In this document: positions 18,983 through 29,428 of the stretch, one piece after another
Position numbering within the stretch: position 1 is the first letter of the stretch
How the letters are laid out: every line of letters starts with the position of its first letter
Source of the DNA: Alphaproteobacteria bacterium
GTDB taxonomy: Bacteria > Pseudomonadota > Alphaproteobacteria > Sphingomonadales > Sphingomonadaceae
Length of the DNA stretch: 61,686 nt
Reading direction: 5' to 3'
Assembly: GCA_030431435.1 (NCBI GenBank)
Contig: JAUIJI010000001.1
Coordinates: 1 to 61,686, forward strand
Translations under genes and position numbers: made by a program
The notes under the pieces: model-generated
What the model saw: the letters and a program-made list of their open reading frames with translations, nothing else
Databases searched by the model: none
Told to the model about the DNA's origin: nothing

Positions 18983-20644
18983 TTAATCCTCTGCCGACCA
19001 CACGCGTTGCCCGCCGCTCCATGTTTCCAGCAAGGTAATCGCGCGGATATTCTCAGGGCTGGAGATCAGCGGATCGCCATCGAGCACGAGGAAATCCGCT
19101 CTCTCGCCCACCGCCAGCGATCCGAAGCGACCTTCTGCAAAACCGGCATAAGCGCCGCCTGCGGTATAGGCAGCGAGCGCGGTTTCGCGGCTTACGACCT
19201 CGCCCGGCATCCAGCCGCCAAAGGGTTCGCCATCGGCATCGGTGCGGCTGATCGCCACGGCCAGCCCTTCCAGCGGGTCAGGCACCTCGACGGGGGCATC
19301 GGAGCCGAAAGCAAGCGGGGATCCGGCGGCAGCGATGGAGCGCCAGGCATAGCTGCCTTCAAGTCGATCCGGCCCGAGCCGCGCTTCGGCCATCAGCCGG
19401 TCCGACGTCTGGTGGACGGGCTGCATGCTGGCGATGATGCCGTGCTGGCCGAACAGCGCAATATCGTCAGGCGAGACCACTTGCGCATGTTCGATGCGCC
19501 AGCGCCTGTCGCCGGTAAAGTCTGCCGATAGCTGGTCAATTGCCGCCAGTACTTCCGCATTGGCGCCGTCTCCAATCGCGTGAACGGCAACCTGAAAGCC
19601 GTCCATCGACGCGCGGCTCATCAAATTGCGCAGCTGCGTGCCGCCAAGCACCTCCAGCCCGCGATTGCCGGGATCGTCATGGTAATCGGCCTTGAGGACA
19701 GCCCCGCGCGAACCCAGCGCGCCATCGAGCCACAGCTTCACGCCATTGAGGCGCAGCCGGTCTTCGTAAAGCCAGGGAGTGGGGCCGTTGCCGCCAATCA
19801 GCAGCATTTCCGGCACGCTGGCGGCATAGGCCATGATCCGCAATTGCAGCCAGCCTTCGTCGCCCGCGCGGCGGAAAGTCATCCAGTCCTCGACGCTGGT
19901 GCCCATATCGGCAACGGCGGTGACGCCGTGAGAGAACAGCAGGCGCTGGGCTGCATTCAGCGCCTGCTCGCGATCCTCGGCGCGTGGCGGCGGGACATGG
20001 TCCATCACCAGCGAAACGGCGTTGTCCACCAGCACGCCCGATGGTGCGCGCGATCCCGCCACTCGTAGTATGCGCCCGCCCGCAGGGTCCGGCGTCTGCG
20101 CGGATATACCGGCGGCAGCCAGTGCCGCAGAATTGGCCCAGACCGCATGGCCATCGACGCGCTCCATCACCACTGGCCTGTCGCTTACGGCATCGAGTTC
20201 TGCCGCCGTCGGGAAGCGACCAAGCCCCCATAGCTCCTGGTTCCAGCCGCGCCCGACCAGCCATGGGCGGTTGGGAAAGCGCTCGGCATAGGCAGCTATC
20301 AACTGCTGCGCCTCTTCCAGCGAGCGGGTTTGCGAGAGGTCCAGTGTCATGGTGGAGAGGCCAAGGCCCATCACATGCACGTGGCTGTCCACCATGCCGG
20401 GCACCACTACGCGCCCACCCATATCCTCGTAATAGTCGATCTCGACCGTGGGCCTGTCACCAAAGTCGAGCAGTTCGACGATGCGGCCTTCATCGTCCAC
20501 CACCATGCCGTTGAACCGGTCAACGCTGCCATCGCGACGCACGGAAATGCCATCGACATTGTCGAAATGGGTTTCGGCCAGTGCGGGTATCGGGAGAGTG
20601 GCGGCCAGCAATGCGGCAACACCGGTTTTCAGGGCCATCTTCAT
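18983..20644 (-). CDS. Exported amidohydrolase (YtcJ-like, Amidohydro_3)
   Basis: Signal peptide, PGMVDSHVH, KLWLDGALGSR, HAIGD, RIEHAQ, FGSDAPV. Confidence 0.9.
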   Translation of the reverse strand: MKMALKTGVAALLAATLPIPALAETHFDNVDGISVRRDGSVDRFNGMVVDDEGRIVELLDFGDRPTVEIDYYEDMGGRVVVPGMVDSHVHVMGLGLSTMTLDLSQTRSLEEAQQLIAAYAERFPNRPWLVGRGWNQELWGLGRFPTAAELDAVSDRPVVMERVDGHAVWANSAALAAAGISAQTPDPAGGRILRVAGSRAPSGVLVDNAVSLVMDHVPPPRAEDREQALNAAQRLLFSHGVTAVADMGTSVEDWMTFRRAGDEGWLQLRIMAYAASVPEMLLIGGNGPTPWLYEDRLRLNGVKLWLDGALGSRGAVLKADYHDDPGNRGLEVLGGTQLRNLMSRASMDGFQVAVHAIGDGANAEVLAAIDQLSADFTGDRRWRIEHAQVVSPDDIALFGQHGIIASMQPVHQTSDRLMAEARLGPDRLEGSYAWRSIAAAGSPLAFGSDAPVEVPDPLEGLAVAISRTDADGEPFGGWMPGEVVSRETALAAYTAGGAYAGFAEGRFGSLAVGERADFLVLDGDPLISSPENIRAITLLETWSGGQRVWSAED

Positions 20645-20747
20645 GCGCGCCTGACTGCCCGCTAAATGCCGGTCTGGCAATGTTTCGGGCGTGGAAAGAC
20701 GCTTGCGGGGTTTCCCTTGCGTGAAAATCTGCGATAGGCCTGCGCCC

Positions 20748-22031
20748 ATGACTGATACCGGGACCTTGCAAGGGATGCTCGACATTGCCGATATCCGCGC
20801 CGCTGCAGAGCGGGTTCGCGGCCATGTCGTGCGCACGCCAATCCTCCACAGCAAGACCCTGTCCTCGATTACCGGCGCTGAAGTGTGGCTGAAGTTCGAG
20901 AACCAGCAATACACCGCTGCCTACAAGGAACGCGGTGCGCTGAACGCCCTGCTGCAACTGAGTGACGAGGAACGCGCGCGCGGCGTGATCGCAGCATCTG
21001 CGGGCAATCACTCGCAAGGCCTGTCCTATCACGGCACGCGGCTTGGCATCCCCGTCACCATCGTCATGCCCAGGACCACGCCCACGGTGAAGGTGATGAT
21101 GACCGAGAGCGTGGGTGGCAATGTCGTGCTCGAAGGCGAGACCTTTGACGAGGCGAGCGCCTATGCCCGCACCCTGCAGCATGAGCGCAACCTCACCTTC
21201 GTGCACCCGTTCGATCATCCGCATGTCGCGGCAGGGCAGGGCACGGTGGCGCTGGAAATGCTCGAGGACGTGCCCGATCTGGAAACGATCATCGTGCCTG
21301 TTGGCGGCGGCGGACTGATTTCCGGCGTGGCCACCGCTGCCAAGGCGATCAACCCCAGGATCAAGATCATGGGTGTGCAGACGGCGGAATTCCCGGCCTT
21401 CTACAACATGTTCACCGGGCGCAGCCTGCCGCAGGGCGGGCCGACTTTGGCAGAAGGCATCGCGGTGAAGGAGCCGGGCCAGTTCACCCGCCAGGTGATC
21501 ATGGACCAGGTGGACGAGATGCGCGTGGTCAAGGAAGCCGCGATCGAGGAAGCGATCTCCCTGCTGCTCGATATCGAGAAGACCGTGGTCGAAGGTGCGG
21601 GCGCAACCGGCCTCGCCACGCTGCTGCCCAAGAGCAATGGCGACAAGCGCAAGGAATTCCTCGGCAAGAAGATCGGCATCATCCTGACCGGCGGCAATAT
21701 CGACCAGCGCTTCATGGCCAATGTGATCCTGCGCAACCTCGTGCGTTCCGGGCGCATCGGGCGCGTCAGCGTGCTGCTGGATGATCGTGCAGGCGCGCTT
21801 TCCAATATCTCGCAGATCTTCACCGATCATTCGGCGAATATCATCGAGGTGACGCACCAGCGCGTGTTCGGCAATCTGTCGGCCAAGAACACCCGCGCCG
21901 ATATCGAATATGAGGTGCGCGACCAGAAGGCGCGTGACCGGCTGCTGCAGGCTATTGAAGAGGCGGGCTACAAGTTCGACGTGATCACATTGCAGGGCAA
22001 TGTCGGCTCACGTTTTAACCGTAGTTCCTGA
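20748..22031 (+). CDS. ilvA: Threonine ammonia-lyase (PLP) with a single C-terminal ACT domain
   Basis: KFENQQYTAAYKERGA, SAGNHSQG, VGGGGLISG, EGAGA, TGGNID. Confidence 0.92.
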   Translation: MTDTGTLQGMLDIADIRAAAERVRGHVVRTPILHSKTLSSITGAEVWLKFENQQYTAAYKERGALNALLQLSDEERARGVIAASAGNHSQGLSYHGTRLGIPVTIVMPRTTPTVKVMMTESVGGNVVLEGETFDEASAYARTLQHERNLTFVHPFDHPHVAAGQGTVALEMLEDVPDLETIIVPVGGGGLISGVATAAKAINPRIKIMGVQTAEFPAFYNMFTGRSLPQGGPTLAEGIAVKEPGQFTRQVIMDQVDEMRVVKEAAIEEAISLLLDIEKTVVEGAGATGLATLLPKSNGDKRKEFLGKKIGIILTGGNIDQRFMANVILRNLVRSGRIGRVSVLLDDRAGALSNISQIFTDHSANIIEVTHQRVFGNLSAKNTRADIEYEVRDQKARDRLLQAIEEAGYKFDVITLQGNVGSRFNRSS

Positions 22032-22118
22032 TTTCGCAGCAAACTCCGTGAGCATTTCCAACCGGAAGTGACCCGTTTCGGGGCGAGCGCCCCCGTACGG
22101 GGGTCTGCGCTGTGTAAA

Positions 22119-22150
22119 TTAACCCTGCATTTGCCCTGATTTATGGTTAA
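22119..22150. promoter_or_regulatory. Inverted TTAACC half-sites (CtrA-like)
   Basis: TTAACC (22119-22124), N20, GGTTAA (22145-22150). 22143-22150 is the exact reverse complement of TTAACCAT. Confidence 0.35.
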
Positions 22151-22237
22151 GATCGTTTGACGAAGCGATGCCTTGGGGCATACCCTTGGTCATTCGCATG
22201 CAGGATCAAATTCCAGGTTGAGAGGACCGCCCGGCCC

Positions 22238-23089
22238 GTGACGGCTCCAGTTCGATTCCCCCGCTTTTTCGTGACGAGCCCTTCGCCCTGTCCGTATTTG
22301 CCGGGGAAGACCGAACGCAAGGTGTTTACCGAGCTCAAGGGCCCGCATGCCGAGCATTTGCATGATGCGCTCAGCCGCATCGGTTTCCGCCGCAGCCAGA
22401 CTGTTGCCTATCGCCCGTCCTGTGTGGATTGCCGTGCCTGTATTTCGGTGCGCGTCGCGGCGGATGATTTCAAGCCGTCCACCAGCCAGCGCAAGGCCCT
22501 GCGCCGCAATGATGACCTGATCGTCACCGAATGCCGTCCATGGGCCACGCCCGAGCAGTTCGAACTGCTGCAGAAATACCTCACCAGCCGCCACCCCGGC
22601 GGTGGCATGGCTGCCATGGATGAGGTCGATTTTGCAGATATGGTGGAACACACATCGGTTTCCAGCTTTGTCATAGAATACAGGGAGCAGGATGCCGAGG
22701 GACGCCCCGGCAAGCTGGTCGCAGCCTGTCTCACCGATCGTCAGGGCGATGGCCTGTCGATGATCTACAGTTTTTACGATCCGGATTGCGAGGGACGCAG
22801 CGGGCTTGGAAATTTTGTCATCCTTGACCACATCCGCCGCGCGGCGGAAGCGGGGCTTCCCTATGTCTATCTCGGATATTGGGTCGAAGGCTCGCCGCGG
22901 ATGCAATACAAGGTCCGCTATCGTCCGCTCGAACTGCTCGGGCCTGATGGCTGGTCGCGCTTGTCTGATGACGAACAAACCGCTCTTGTCGAAGCCATTT
23001 CCAAGCCCGGCTGCAAGCCAGGCTGCGGCGTTGACGGCGGATCGAAAGACGGCGCTCCCGCTGACCAGCAGCAATACAAGCTCGCCTGA
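22238..23089 (+). CDS. bpt: Arginyltransferase-family protein (bacterial Bpt, Asp/Glu leucyltransferase; N-degron pathway)
   Basis: [35 protein letters not shown]...MQYK. GTG start after a GAGAGGA SD. Confidence 0.92.
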   Translation: MTAPVRFPRFFVTSPSPCPYLPGKTERKVFTELKGPHAEHLHDALSRIGFRRSQTVAYRPSCVDCRACISVRVAADDFKPSTSQRKALRRNDDLIVTECRPWATPEQFELLQKYLTSRHPGGGMAAMDEVDFADMVEHTSVSSFVIEYREQDAEGRPGKLVAACLTDRQGDGLSMIYSFYDPDCEGRSGLGNFVILDHIRRAAEAGLPYVYLGYWVEGSPRMQYKVRYRPLELLGPDGWSRLSDDEQTALVEAISKPGCKPGCGVDGGSKDGAPADQQQYKLA

Positions 23090-23111
23090 ACGGCATTCGC
23101 CGCATCTTACC

Positions 23112-25229
23112 ATGAAGAGCTGCACCACCGCGCTGGCTGTGTGCCTTTCGCTCATGGGGCAACCGCTCGCGGCGCAAGACACGCGATCGCTTGATGAACT
23201 GATCCCGCAGGAAGCCGTTTCCGATCCCGAGCGTTGGGCCGGGCAGGGCAACCAGCCCGACATGCCTTCCGCCGATGGTGCCAGCCCCCTCCTGGAGGCG
23301 GATTCGCCGCTGGTGGACATGCCGCTGGTCACGCTTGATCCAGCCGAGGACCTCGAGCTTGCCGAAGTCGAGCCGGTTGAACAAGGCGAGGTGGTGGATT
23401 TCCGCGACTTTGCCGATGTCATTCCGCCGCTCCCCGAAGGTTCGCCGGAGCGGATATCGCGCGAGCTGGTGCTGGTGTTCCCGACGGATGAGGCCCTGTT
23501 TCCCGACCGGCGCGAATTCATACAGCGTTTCAATGCCCTTTCTTCGATCGAGACACTTGATGCCGATGGCAATCAGGCGCGCCTCGCCGCACAGGCCCGT
23601 GCTGACGAGGAACTGTTGCAGCGCATGTTGCGCGTCTATGGCTATTTCGATGCGCAAGTGATCCGCACGGTCATTGCCCCGGAAGAACGCGAGGATGGCG
23701 AGGCCGACAGTTCCACCGCCCGCTTCGAGATTATCCCCGGCAACCGGTTCACGGTCGGCACTGTCGATACTGCGGACCTTGCATCCACCGGTCCTGATTT
23801 TGACATGCTGCGCGGTGCCTATGGCGTGTTCCCCGGCGATGACATTTCCATCGATGCGATCAGTGACGAACGCTATGACCTCGACCTTGCTCTGGGCGAG
23901 AATGGCTACCCTTTCGCCGAAATCGGCGAGCCTAGCCTGCTGGTCGATCATGAGCGGCAGGAAGGCGATGTCACCCTGCCGGTGACGCCGGGCGGCAAGT
24001 ACAATTTCGGCATGGTCGTCAGCCAGCAGGATGATTTCCTGTCCGGAAGGCACCTGGCGCGCATCGCCCGCTTTGAACCCGGCGAGACATACAACCGCAG
24101 CGACGCTTCAGACCTTCGCCGGGCGATCCTCGCCACCGGTCTGGTCGGTTCGGTCACCGTCACGCCGGTTGAAGTGGCACCGCCCGCTGATGGTGAACCG
24201 GGCACGGTGGACATGCAGGTCGATCTGACCGAGGCACCCTTGCGCACCATCGCCGGATCGCTGGGCTATGGCACAGAGGAAGGCTTCCGCGTTGCTGCAA
24301 GCTGGGAGCATCGCAACCTCTTCCCGCCCGAAGGCATGCTGCGCGTGCGCGGGGTTGCCGGTACGCAGGAGCAGTTGCTCGGCGTCACGTTCCGCAAGAA
24401 CAACTTCAAGGGGCGTGACCGCATCCTGACCGTGGATGCCTTCGCCAGCACGCTCGATTACGATGCCTATGACGCGCGCGCAGTCTCGCTGGTGGCGAAT
24501 TACGAGCGGGTCAGCACGTTGCTGTTCCAGAAGCCGTTCAGCTGGGGCGTGGGCGTGGAGCTGGTTGCTACCGGTGAGCGCGAGGCTGATGCCAATGGCG
24601 TGCTCGGCGTTCGCGAGACATACCTGATCGCGGCCATCCCGTTGCATGCCCAGATCGACACCACGAACGATTTGCTCGATCCTACAGAGGGCTTCCGTGT
24701 GGGTGGCCGCGTCTCTCCCGAGATCAGCGACAGGCGCGGAACGCAAGGCTTCTATGTCCGCAATCAGGCCGATGCGAGCTACTACAAGCAGGTAGGTGAG
24801 AACGTCGTGCTCGCGGGGCGAACACGGATCAGCTCCATTCCCGGCACATCGGTGGCCAATGTTGCGCCCTCGCGGCGCATCTATGCCGGCGGCGGCGGAT
24901 CGGTGCGCGGCTATGGCTATCGCGAGATCGGCCCGCGCAACGACGTTGGCGATCCCACCGGCGGCCTGTCTGCCGTGGAATTCTCGCTCGAAGCGCGGGT
25001 GAAGACAGGCCTTCTCGATGGCGCGCTCGGTTTCGTGCCTTTCATCGATGCGGGCAGCGTCAGCGAGGACGCAATGCCGGGCTTCGGCAATATGAAGTTC
25101 GGTGCGGGTCTTGGGCTGCGTTACGATACGAATTTCGGCCCGATCCGGCTCGATGTGGCCGTGCCGCTCAATCCCGGCCCGAATGACGCGCCTGTCGCAG
25201 TTTATGTCGCTCTGGGGCAGGCATTCTGA
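23112..25229 (+). CDS. tamA: Autotransporter assembly complex protein TamA (Omp85 family)
   Basis: Signal peptide, POTRA region, YAGGGGSVRGYGY, FGPIRLDVA, C-terminal LGQAF. Confidence 0.93.
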   Translation: MKSCTTALAVCLSLMGQPLAAQDTRSLDELIPQEAVSDPERWAGQGNQPDMPSADGASPLLEADSPLVDMPLVTLDPAEDLELAEVEPVEQGEVVDFRDFADVIPPLPEGSPERISRELVLVFPTDEALFPDRREFIQRFNALSSIETLDADGNQARLAAQARADEELLQRMLRVYGYFDAQVIRTVIAPEEREDGEADSSTARFEIIPGNRFTVGTVDTADLASTGPDFDMLRGAYGVFPGDDISIDAISDERYDLDLALGENGYPFAEIGEPSLLVDHERQEGDVTLPVTPGGKYNFGMVVSQQDDFLSGRHLARIARFEPGETYNRSDASDLRRAILATGLVGSVTVTPVEVAPPADGEPGTVDMQVDLTEAPLRTIAGSLGYGTEEGFRVAASWEHRNLFPPEGMLRVRGVAGTQEQLLGVTFRKNNFKGRDRILTVDAFASTLDYDAYDARAVSLVANYERVSTLLFQKPFSWGVGVELVATGEREADANGVLGVRETYLIAAIPLHAQIDTTNDLLDPTEGFRVGGRVSPEISDRRGTQGFYVRNQADASYYKQVGENVVLAGRTRISSIPGTSVANVAPSRRIYAGGGGSVRGYGYREIGPRNDVGDPTGGLSAVEFSLEARVKTGLLDGALGFVPFIDAGSVSEDAMPGFGNMKFGAGLGLRYDTNFGPIRLDVAVPLNPGPNDAPVAVYVALGQAF

Positions 25230-28200
25230 TGGCTGACGGGGCTGACGCACTTCCTGTGGAAGACAATTCCCGCAAACCGGGAAAGCTGCGCCGCAGCTTG
25301 CGCTGGACGGGATATACGCTCGGCGTGCTCGGCCTTGCGCTGCTCGCCTTCATCGCTTTCCTGCACACGCCGCCGGGTCGGCAATTCATTGTCGATCAGA
25401 TTGCCAAGGTTTCGCCTGCATCCGGCCTCTCGGTGGAGGTCGGCTCGATTGACGGATCGGTGCTGTGGAGCGCCACCTTCAACGACGTGGAACTGCGCGA
25501 TGCCGAGGACACGCTGTTCCTCGAAGTGCCGCGCGTGGACCTGAACTGGCGGCCTTGGAAATGGTTCTTCACCGGGCTCGACGTGCGCCATCTCGTGCTT
25601 AGCGGCGGCACGCTCTACAGCGCGCCCGAGCTGATCCCCGGCGATCCCGATGCGCCGCTGCTGCCGGATTTCGACATCCGCGTGGACCGTTTCGTGATCG
25701 AAGACCTCACCGTAGCCGAAGGCCTCCTGGGTGAGGAGCGGGTGATCCAGTTCCGCAGCGAAGCCGATATCAGGCAGGGCCGCGTGTTCCTCGATGCCGA
25801 GGGCGAGTTCGGCGGGCAGGACGTATTCACCCTGCTGGTCGATGCCAATCCCGATGGCGATGTGTTCGACCTTGACCTTGACTGGCGCGCGCCAGCTGGC
25901 GGTTTCCTCGCCAGCATGGTCGGTGCCGAAGATGACCTGACAGTGCAGGTTGCGGGCGATGGCACCTGGACCTCCTGGCAGGGCACGCTGCTGGCGCAGC
26001 AGGGTGGGGCGCAGCTGCTCGATTTCGATATCTACAATGAAACGGGCCAATACCGCCTCGTCGGGCAAGCCTTCCCCGATCCCTATGTCGATGGCGTGGC
26101 ACAAAGCGCGCTGGGCGAGAGCGTGGCCTTCACCGCCACTGGCACTTTGGTCGACAGCGTGCTGGAAGGCAGCTTCGCACTGCGCGGTCAGGGCGTGGAC
26201 CTTGATGGCAGCGGCGGCGTGGATCTCGCCGAGAATGCCTTCCGACAGATGCAGCTTGAAGGTCGCTTGCTGGACCCCACGCTGTTCGGACCTGACATTG
26301 TGCTGGATGATGCAGTCCTGACGGTTTCTCTCGATGGCAGTTTCAGCAATGCCGGAATTCCGCATGAATTGCGCATTGGCCGCATTGCAGCGGGCGAGAT
26401 CGTGTTTGACGATCTGGCGCAACAAGGCACCGCACGGCTGGAAGATGGTCGCCTGGTGCTGCCGCTCGATGCGAGCGTGGGCCGTGTCACCAGCGGAATT
26501 GAGATGTTCGATCCGCGGCTGGTAAACGGACGGGTGGGCGGCACGCTCACCTATGCGGGTTCCAGCCTCAATTCGGATGACCTCGCGATTGCTTTCCCGG
26601 GCCTTGATGCGATGCTCGGCTTGCGCGGCAATTTCGAGACGGGTCGCATACGGCTGGCTGGTCCGGTCAATGTCGACAATCTGCAATTCGCCGAGATGGG
26701 GCTGGTCGATGCCACTGCGCGGATCGATTTCGGTATTGGCGGCGGCGTGCCCTGGTCGCTCGGTGCTGACCTGCGCGGCAACATGGTGCGGATCGACAAC
26801 ACCACGGTCGAAACGCTGACCGGCGGCAATGTGGCTTTCGCGGGCAATGTATCCGTTGGCGAGACTCTCCCTCTCCGCTTCGCCGATATGTCTGTTACCG
26901 GAAACAGCCTCGAAGCCCAGATCGACGGGCGGTTGGTGGGTGATGAGACACTCATGACCTTTAACGGCTCGCATACCGAATACGGCCCGTTCGAAGGCGA
27001 AGCACGGCTTGCGCCATCCGGTCCCTATGCGGACCTCGTGCTGGCTAACCCGCTGCCTGCTGCAGACCTCAGCAATGTCCGTGTATCGCTCGCGCCGAGC
27101 GATGATGGCTTTGCCGTTGAGACCTCCGGCGGATCGCTGCTTGGGCCGTTCGATGGCGAGATTGACCTTGTCTTGCCCGAAGGCGGCGATGCGGTGATCG
27201 GCGTGCGCCGCCTTGATGTGGCTGAAACGCGGCTTGCTGGCGATCTGCGGCTCGTCGAAGGTGGCGTGACCGGCAGGCTCGACCTGTCGCGCGGCGGCGT
27301 GAACGGCGCAATTGCGCTGGCGGGGCGGCCATCGGGGCAAGCCTTCAATGTTGACCTGACTGCGCGCAACGCCCGATTTGGCGGGGAGACACCGCTGGTT
27401 CTCGCCCGGGCGGATGTGGACATGCAGGGCTTTATCGGCGGAGAAGCGACCACCGTCGAAGGCGAGATGAGCGCGCAAGGCCTGTCGTGGGGTAATTTCT
27501 TCCTCGGACGCATGGCTGCGGATGCACAGCTGCGCGGCGGTGTCGGCACGTTCAACGCCGCGCTGGCCGGACGTCGTGGCAGCCGCTTCGAATTGCTGCT
27601 CAACGGCGAGGCAGAGGCTGACAGGATCGCCGTGGCAGCGCGCGGTTCCTTCGCTGGCGAAGCGATAACCATGCCGCGCCGCGCTGTGCTGACCAGCACC
27701 GAAGATGGCGGCTGGGAACTGCAACGCAGCCAGATCGGCTATGGCGGCGGTTTCGCTATCCTTCGCGGGCGCTTCGGCGGCGAACAGGGCAGCGAAGGCC
27801 GGCTCAGCCTGTCTGACTTGCCGCTGTCGCTGATCGATATCGCGGTTGATGATTTCGGCCTTGGCGGGACGATTTCCGGAACGGTAGATTTCGGCCAGTC
27901 CGAAGGCGGACTTCCCACCGGCCAGGCGCGGGTGCAGGTGGATAACCTGACCCGTTCCGGCCTGATCCTCACCTCGCGCCCGATGGACCTGTCTGCCGTG
28001 GTCGACCTGTCGCCCAGCTTGCTGCAGGCGCGCGCGGTGATGAACAATGGCGGCAGTATCGACGGGCAACTCAACGCCCGCATTTCCGATCTGCCGCAGC
28101 AGGGATCGCTCAGCGAGCGGCTCTATGCCGGCGACCTCTTTGCACAGCTGCGCTATGCTGGCCCGGCGGAGGCGCTGTGGCGGCTGGCGGCGTTGGACCT

Positions 28201-29428
28201 GATTGACGTTACCGGCCCGCTGGAGCTGGCCGCCAATGTGCGCGGTTCGCTCGGCAATCCGCAGGTGCGCGGATCGATGCAGGGCGACGGAATGCAGCTG
28301 CAGAGCGCGCTTACCGGCACGGATATCTCCGATGCATCCGCCCGTGGGCGCTTTGACGGGTCGCGCCTGCGCCTCACCAGCTTCTCCGGCACTGCGCCCA
28401 ATGGCGGCACGGTCAGCGGCAGCGGATTTGTCGACCTGTCCGGCATGACGAGCGAGCGTGGCCCGCAGATGGATATCCGCATTGCTGCCAGCAACGCCCG
28501 CATCCTCCAACTGCCGGGCATGGGCGCAACGGTGACCGGACCCTTGCGCATCGTGTCTGACGGTATCGGCGGCACCATCGCCGGACGGCTCGACGTGCGC
28601 AGCGCCGAATGGCGGCTGGCGAGCGCGGATGAGGCGGTGGACCTGCCCGATATCGCCATCACCGAAATCAACCTGCCGGATGATATCGCCCCGGTGGGCC
28701 GTGCGGCACGGCCGTGGCGTTACCTGATTGATGCCAGTGCATCGCGCGGGATCGAGGTGGATGGCATGGGCCTCGACAGCGAATGGAGCGGTGACATCCG
28801 CCTGCGCGGCACGACCGCCGATCCGCGTATCGGCGGCGAGGTGCGCACCGTTCCGCGCCAGAGCTTCTATTCATTCGCCGGCACCCGCTTCGAGCTCACT
28901 CGCGGGCGGATCTACTTCGATGAAAGCGCGCCGCCGGATCCGCGGCTGGACCTGCTGGCGGAAAGCGACGTCAACGGGCTTGATATCGACGTGACCGTGA
29001 CCGGCACCGCCAGCCAGCCGGAAATCGCCTTCTCCTCCGTTCCCGCGTTACCGCAGGAAGAGCTGCTGGCGCAGATGCTGTTCGGCGGTTCTGTCACGGA
29101 CCTTTCCGCAACCGATGCCGTTCAGCTTGGCGCGGCGCTGGCCAGCTTGCGCGGCGGTGGCGGGATGGACCCGATCAACCAGCTGCGCACCGCCATCGGG
29201 CTTGACCGCCTTCGCATCATCCCGGCTGACCCGGCTCTTGATCGCGGTACGTCAGTGGCGCTGGGCAAGAACATCACCCGCAAGCTCTATGCAGAGCTGG
29301 TAACGGACGGGCAGGGCTATAACGCCACCGAGCTGGAATTCCGCGTGACCAGCTGGCTCTCTTTGCTGGGATCGATCAGTACGGTGGGACGCGGGTTCGG
29401 CGCGGTCGAGATCAGCCGCGATTACTAG
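25229..29428 (+). CDS. tamB: Translocation/assembly module TamB
   Basis: N-terminal TM anchor, long beta-taco repeats, C-terminal DUF490-like region (FSSVPALPQEELLAQMLFG); coupled to tamA. Confidence 0.93.
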   Translation: MADGADALPVEDNSRKPGKLRRSLRWTGYTLGVLGLALLAFIAFLHTPPGRQFIVDQIAKVSPASGLSVEVGSIDGSVLWSATFNDVELRDAEDTLFLEVPRVDLNWRPWKWFFTGLDVRHLVLSGGTLYSAPELIPGDPDAPLLPDFDIRVDRFVIEDLTVAEGLLGEERVIQFRSEADIRQGRVFLDAEGEFGGQDVFTLLVDANPDGDVFDLDLDWRAPAGGFLASMVGAEDDLTVQVAGDGTWTSWQGTLLAQQGGAQLLDFDIYNETGQYRLVGQAFPDPYVDGVAQSALGESVAFTATGTLVDSVLEGSFALRGQGVDLDGSGGVDLAENAFRQMQLEGRLLDPTLFGPDIVLDDAVLTVSLDGSFSNAGIPHELRIGRIAAGEIVFDDLAQQGTARLEDGRLVLPLDASVGRVTSGIEMFDPRLVNGRVGGTLTYAGSSLNSDDLAIAFPGLDAMLGLRGNFETGRIRLAGPVNVDNLQFAEMGLVDATARIDFGIGGGVPWSLGADLRGNMVRIDNTTVETLTGGNVAFAGNVSVGETLPLRFADMSVTGNSLEAQIDGRLVGDETLMTFNGSHTEYGPFEGEARLAPSGPYADLVLANPLPAADLSNVRVSLAPSDDGFAVETSGGSLLGPFDGEIDLVLPEGGDAVIGVRRLDVAETRLAGDLRLVEGGVTGRLDLSRGGVNGAIALAGRPSGQAFNVDLTARNARFGGETPLVLARADVDMQGFIGGEATTVEGEMSAQGLSWGNFFLGRMAADAQLRGGVGTFNAALAGRRGSRFELLLNGEAEADRIAVAARGSFAGEAITMPRRAVLTSTEDGGWELQRSQIGYGGGFAILRGRFGGEQGSEGRLSLSDLPLSLIDIAVDDFGLGGTISGTVDFGQSEGGLPTGQARVQVDNLTRSGLILTSRPMDLSAVVDLSPSLLQARAVMNNGGSIDGQLNARISDLPQQGSLSERLYAGDLFAQLRYAGPAEALWRLAALDLIDVTGPLELAANVRGSLGNPQVRGSMQGDGMQLQSALTGTDISDASARGRFDGSRLRLTSFSGTAPNGGTVSGSGFVDLSGMTSERGPQMDIRIAASNARILQLPGMGATVTGPLRIVSDGIGGTIAGRLDVRSAEWRLASADEAVDLPDIAITEINLPDDIAPVGRAARPWRYLIDASASRGIEVDGMGLDSEWSGDIRLRGTTADPRIGGEVRTVPRQSFYSFAGTRFELTRGRIYFDESAPPDPRLDLLAESDVNGLDIDVTVTGTASQPEIAFSSVPALPQEELLAQMLFGGSVTDLSATDAVQLGAALASLRGGGGMDPINQLRTAIGLDRLRIIPADPALDRGTSVALGKNITRKLYAELVTDGQGYNATELEFRVTSWLSLLGSISTVGRGFGAVEISRDY

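Noticed and set aside
23003-23026. 12-bp tandem duplication encoding KPGC-KPGC in the Bpt tail
   Set aside because: Only two copies in a variable C-terminal tail; likely slippage
25202-28510. 1102-aa minus-strand ORF
   Set aside because: Antisense shadow of tamB with no recognisable motifs; long shadow ORFs are expected in high-GC DNA
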